Origin: Spirochaetota bacterium
GTDB lineage: Bacteria; Spirochaetota; UBA4802; JAFGDQ01
Direction: 5' to 3'
DNA: 64,000 nt
Assembly: GCA_043803405.1 (NCBI GenBank)
Contig: JAZDKB010000016.1
Coordinates: 16,293 to 80,292, forward strand
The translations under genes and the position numbers were made by a program. The notes under the pieces are model-generated. The model saw only the letters and a list, made by a program, of their open reading frames with translations. It had not been told where the DNA came from and did no database searches. Positions 61,671 through 64,000 of the stretch are shown here, one piece after another. How positions within the stretch are numbered: the first letter of the stretch is position 1; each line of letters starts with the position of its first letter.

Positions 61671-62324
61671 TTATTCTTTATCTTCGTAGCAAAATTCTTC
61701 GATTTCAGATAAATTCGGCAAATCGGAAAGATTTTTAAAACCAAAATGTTTTAAAAATTCATCTGTAGTTCCATAAAGTAGCGGTCTGCCAGGCACTTCT
61801 TTTCTGCCAATCGGTTTTACAAGATTTCTTTTCATTAATTTGGCAAGCATCATCCTTGAGGAAACACCCCGAAGTTCATCTATTTGAGCCATGATAATAG
61901 GCTGTTTATAGGCAATTATAGAAAGAGTTTCCAGCATTCCTTTTGATAGGCCTTCTTTTTTATCAAAAAATAAACTTTTTCTTATATCTTCAGCAAAAAT
62001 ACTTCGGGTAATAAACTGATATCCACCCGAAATCTCCTTTAATATCAATCCGCCGCTTCTTTCTTCATATTCGTCTGCCAATGAATCTAAAATAATCTTG
62101 GCGTTTTTGGATTCAATCCCGAAATTTTTTGAAAAAAATGATATGGGTAATGGTTCATTGGAAAGAAATAAAATAGCTTCAAATAAACCATAAAAATATT
62201 TTTCATCTTTATTGATTATTTTATCTGTTGCAAAAGAATCGGACGAATCTTCATTATTAGACTCTGACTCTATTAAGTCATCGTTAGAATCTTCAACATT
62301 CTGATTAGGAATTACTTCATTCAT
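61671..62324 (-). CDS. scpB: Segregation and condensation protein B
   Basis: The ScpB winged-helix core (LFEAILFLSNEPL...EISGGYQFIT) is present, downstream of scpA. Confidence 0.8.
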   Translation of the reverse strand: MNEVIPNQNVEDSNDDLIESESNNEDSSDSFATDKIINKDEKYFYGLFEAILFLSNEPLPISFFSKNFGIESKNAKIILDSLADEYEERSGGLILKEISGGYQFITRSIFAEDIRKSLFFDKKEGLSKGMLETLSIIAYKQPIIMAQIDELRGVSSRMMLAKLMKRNLVKPIGRKEVPGRPLLYGTTDEFLKHFGFKNLSDLPNLSEIEEFCYEDKE

Positions 62325-62370
62325 ATTATTCGTAATAATTTAGGATCTAAATAAATAAATTTGGAGTGTG

Positions 62371-63108
62371 TCAATTGCGCAGTATTCTTATGTCACCAAA
62401 AATTCTATGCTGTAATATTTTTATTTTCCCATATTTTGCCAGTTCAAGTATTGCCATAAAAGTAACTATTAATTCCATTCGTCCGGGATTATTGGCAAAC
62501 AAGTCGGTAAAAAAAATATTACTTGTTTTCTCTAAAAGAGAATTGATTGAATCAATCATGTCACTTACGAGAATTTCGTCAAACACAATTTCTTCATGGA
62601 TAATTTCTTCTTTCTTATGCAAAATTTTTGCAAATGCATTAAGAAGATCGTATAGCGACACACCGACATAATTTTCGTCAGTTATTTCCTGGATTACATT
62701 TTCTCTGTGAAAAACATTCGCAAAATTATCATAGTAATCTTTAAGCTTTAACGAAGTTAACTGATACTTTTTATACTCGATTAATTTTTCAACTAAATCC
62801 GGTGGGAAAGGGGGGATAAAATATTCGTCTTCGATATCGCCGCTCGGCAGAAGAGCCTTCGATTTATAATACAACAATTCGGAAGCCATTAAAACAAATT
62901 CTGAAGCTATTTTTACGTTCATCTTATTCATAAGCTTCAGATATTCTATATACTGTTCCGTTATTTGAGCAATATATATCTCTGTTACATCAATTTTTGC
63001 TCTTTTGATCAAATCCCATAATAGATCGAGTGGGCCTTCAAAATTTTCAATATTTAATATGTAATTATTATTCTTCTCATTGCTAAAGTCTTCTTTCGCT
63101 ACATCCAT
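62371..63108 (-). CDS. scpA: Segregation and condensation protein A
   Basis: The ScpA N-terminal motif FEGPLDLLWDLIKRAKIDVTEI is present. Confidence 0.8.
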   Translation of the reverse strand: MDVAKEDFSNEKNNNYILNIENFEGPLDLLWDLIKRAKIDVTEIYIAQITEQYIEYLKLMNKMNVKIASEFVLMASELLYYKSKALLPSGDIEDEYFIPPFPPDLVEKLIEYKKYQLTSLKLKDYYDNFANVFHRENVIQEITDENYVGVSLYDLLNAFAKILHKKEEIIHEEIVFDEILVSDMIDSINSLLEKTSNIFFTDLFANNPGRMELIVTFMAILELAKYGKIKILQHRIFGDIRILRN

Positions 63109-63263
63109 TTTAAATACTTATCCATATTCATTGCTAATATTAAAAGTTAATTTAAAATTATTTTAAAATAATTTAAAAGTGATATTATTATGTGCTTATT
63201 AATATTCATTCACTATCTTAATGAATAATAATATTAAAATTCGAAGCTAATAAATCACAAATT

Positions 63264-63623
63264 TTACGATAAAGCTTTTTCAGCTGCTTTTTGCAATCTC
63301 TCAGGCGGGAATGGTTTTACAACGAAATCCTTAACTCCGATTTTAATTGCTTTTGTCAGCAAATTTTCCTGACCAAGTGCTGTAACCATAATAATTTTAG
63401 CAGAAGGATCCATTGCCAGTATTTCTTCAGCCGCTTCAATTCCATCTTTTTCGCGCATTGTAATATCCATTGTTACTAAATCCGGCTTTAATTTTTTATA
63501 TATTTCCACCGCAATTTTTCCATTCTCAGCTTCCCCAACTATCTCGTGCCCCTTAGGCACTAAGGCGTCTTTTACAAGCGTTCTCATAAATTTTGCATCG
63601 TCAACTATTAAAATCTTAGCCAT
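63264..63623 (-). CDS. cheY: CheY-like single-domain response regulator
   Basis: The receiver domain has the acidic pocket residues in ILIVDD, the DxxM phospho-acceptor Asp, and the conserved K in VVKPF. It is adjacent to cheB. Confidence 0.8.
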   Translation of the reverse strand: MAKILIVDDAKFMRTLVKDALVPKGHEIVGEAENGKIAVEIYKKLKPDLVTMDITMREKDGIEAAEEILAMDPSAKIIMVTALGQENLLTKAIKIGVKDFVVKPFPPERLQKAAEKALS

Positions 63624-63714
63624 TTTATTTCTCCGTTTAATTGATAAAAATTATATTATGACATTTACTATTTTATAATCACAATGCTAACTAATCAACA
63701 AAAATTTATTCATA

Positions 63715-64000
63715 TCAAAGCATTTTCACTATATTAATGGGAATGTCATTTAATGAAACAATTGTATCTATTGCTCCCAATTGAACAGCTACGCGGTTCA
63801 TCCCGTATACAACAGACGTCTCCTCATTCTGAGCTATTGTGTATCCTCCATTTTTCTTCACTTTTAAAATACCATTTGCCCCATCCTGTCCCATTCCTGT
63901 CATAATTACGCATATTGCATCTTTCCCATAGTGGTCTGCAATTGAATTGAATAATACATCAATTGAAGGAATATGACCGGAAACTTTTTGACCGTGATCA
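63715..64000 (-). CDS. cheB: Chemotaxis methylesterase CheB (catalytic-domain C-terminal part only; the gene continues past the window end)
   Basis: The minus-strand translation reads ...HGQKVSGHIPSIDVLFNSIADHYGKDAICVIMTGMGQDGANG...YGMNRVAV..., the CheB methylesterase core. Confidence 0.75.
   Translation of the reverse strand, partial: DHGQKVSGHIPSIDVLFNSIADHYGKDAICVIMTGMGQDGANGILKVKKNGGYTIAQNEETSVVYGMNRVAVQLGAIDTIVSLNDIPINIVKML

Noticed and set aside
1-64000. Search for tRNA/rRNA genes, CRISPR arrays, integrases or transposases
   Set aside because: No T-loop GTTCGA-type tRNA signatures, no regularly spaced direct repeats and no recombinase-like ORFs were seen. The only mobile-element-like feature is the TIR element at 44938-45062.

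Overview
This is an AT-rich bacterial chromosomal window, roughly one third GC, densely coding on both strands, with mixed housekeeping and accessory content. Envelope markers (LptD, AsmA-like protein, beta-barrel OMP, lipoproteins) point to a diderm organism, yet it also carries a Firmicute-style mcsA-mcsB-clpC arginine-phosphorylation module (clpC truncated at the window start) alongside a separate clpS-clpA pair. The main housekeeping blocks are a fatty-acid locus (thiolase divergent from acyl-CoA ligase), nadB and tatD, leuC/leuD, SPFH-NfeD, uvrA and lptD, a long conserved run from aroB through rnc, acpP, rpmF, rpsA and cmk to scpBA, and cheY plus a 3'-truncated cheB at the far end. Accessory content includes two adjacent secreted VWA-domain proteins, and an ECF sigma / ZAS anti-sigma pair next to a small OMP, a FecR-domain lipoprotein and a Cache-MCP. 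There is also a cytoplasmic protein with two degenerate MCP-signalling-like modules, a CE7 esterase homologue that appears to have lost its Ser and His, and an ABC ATPase with degenerate catalytic motifs. I found no tRNA or rRNA genes, no CRISPR array, and no transposase, integrase or phage genes. Among the non-coding elements, the most notable is a roughly 125-bp element bounded by 29-bp near-perfect inverted repeats between the NHL-repeat gene and uvrA (44938-45062). Other structured non-coding features are a GC-rich multi-palindrome spacer between the two VWA genes, ATCGAT repeats in the fatty-acid divergent promoter, a structured leader upstream of leuCD, and several hairpins/terminators. 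No system here can be declared novel from sequence alone. The best candidates for an undescribed system are the non-canonical ECF/anti-sigma/OMP/FecR-domain/MCP cluster, the tandem VWA pair with its structured spacer, and the degenerate double-MCP protein. All product calls rest on motif-level recognition from the six-frame translations, not database searches.
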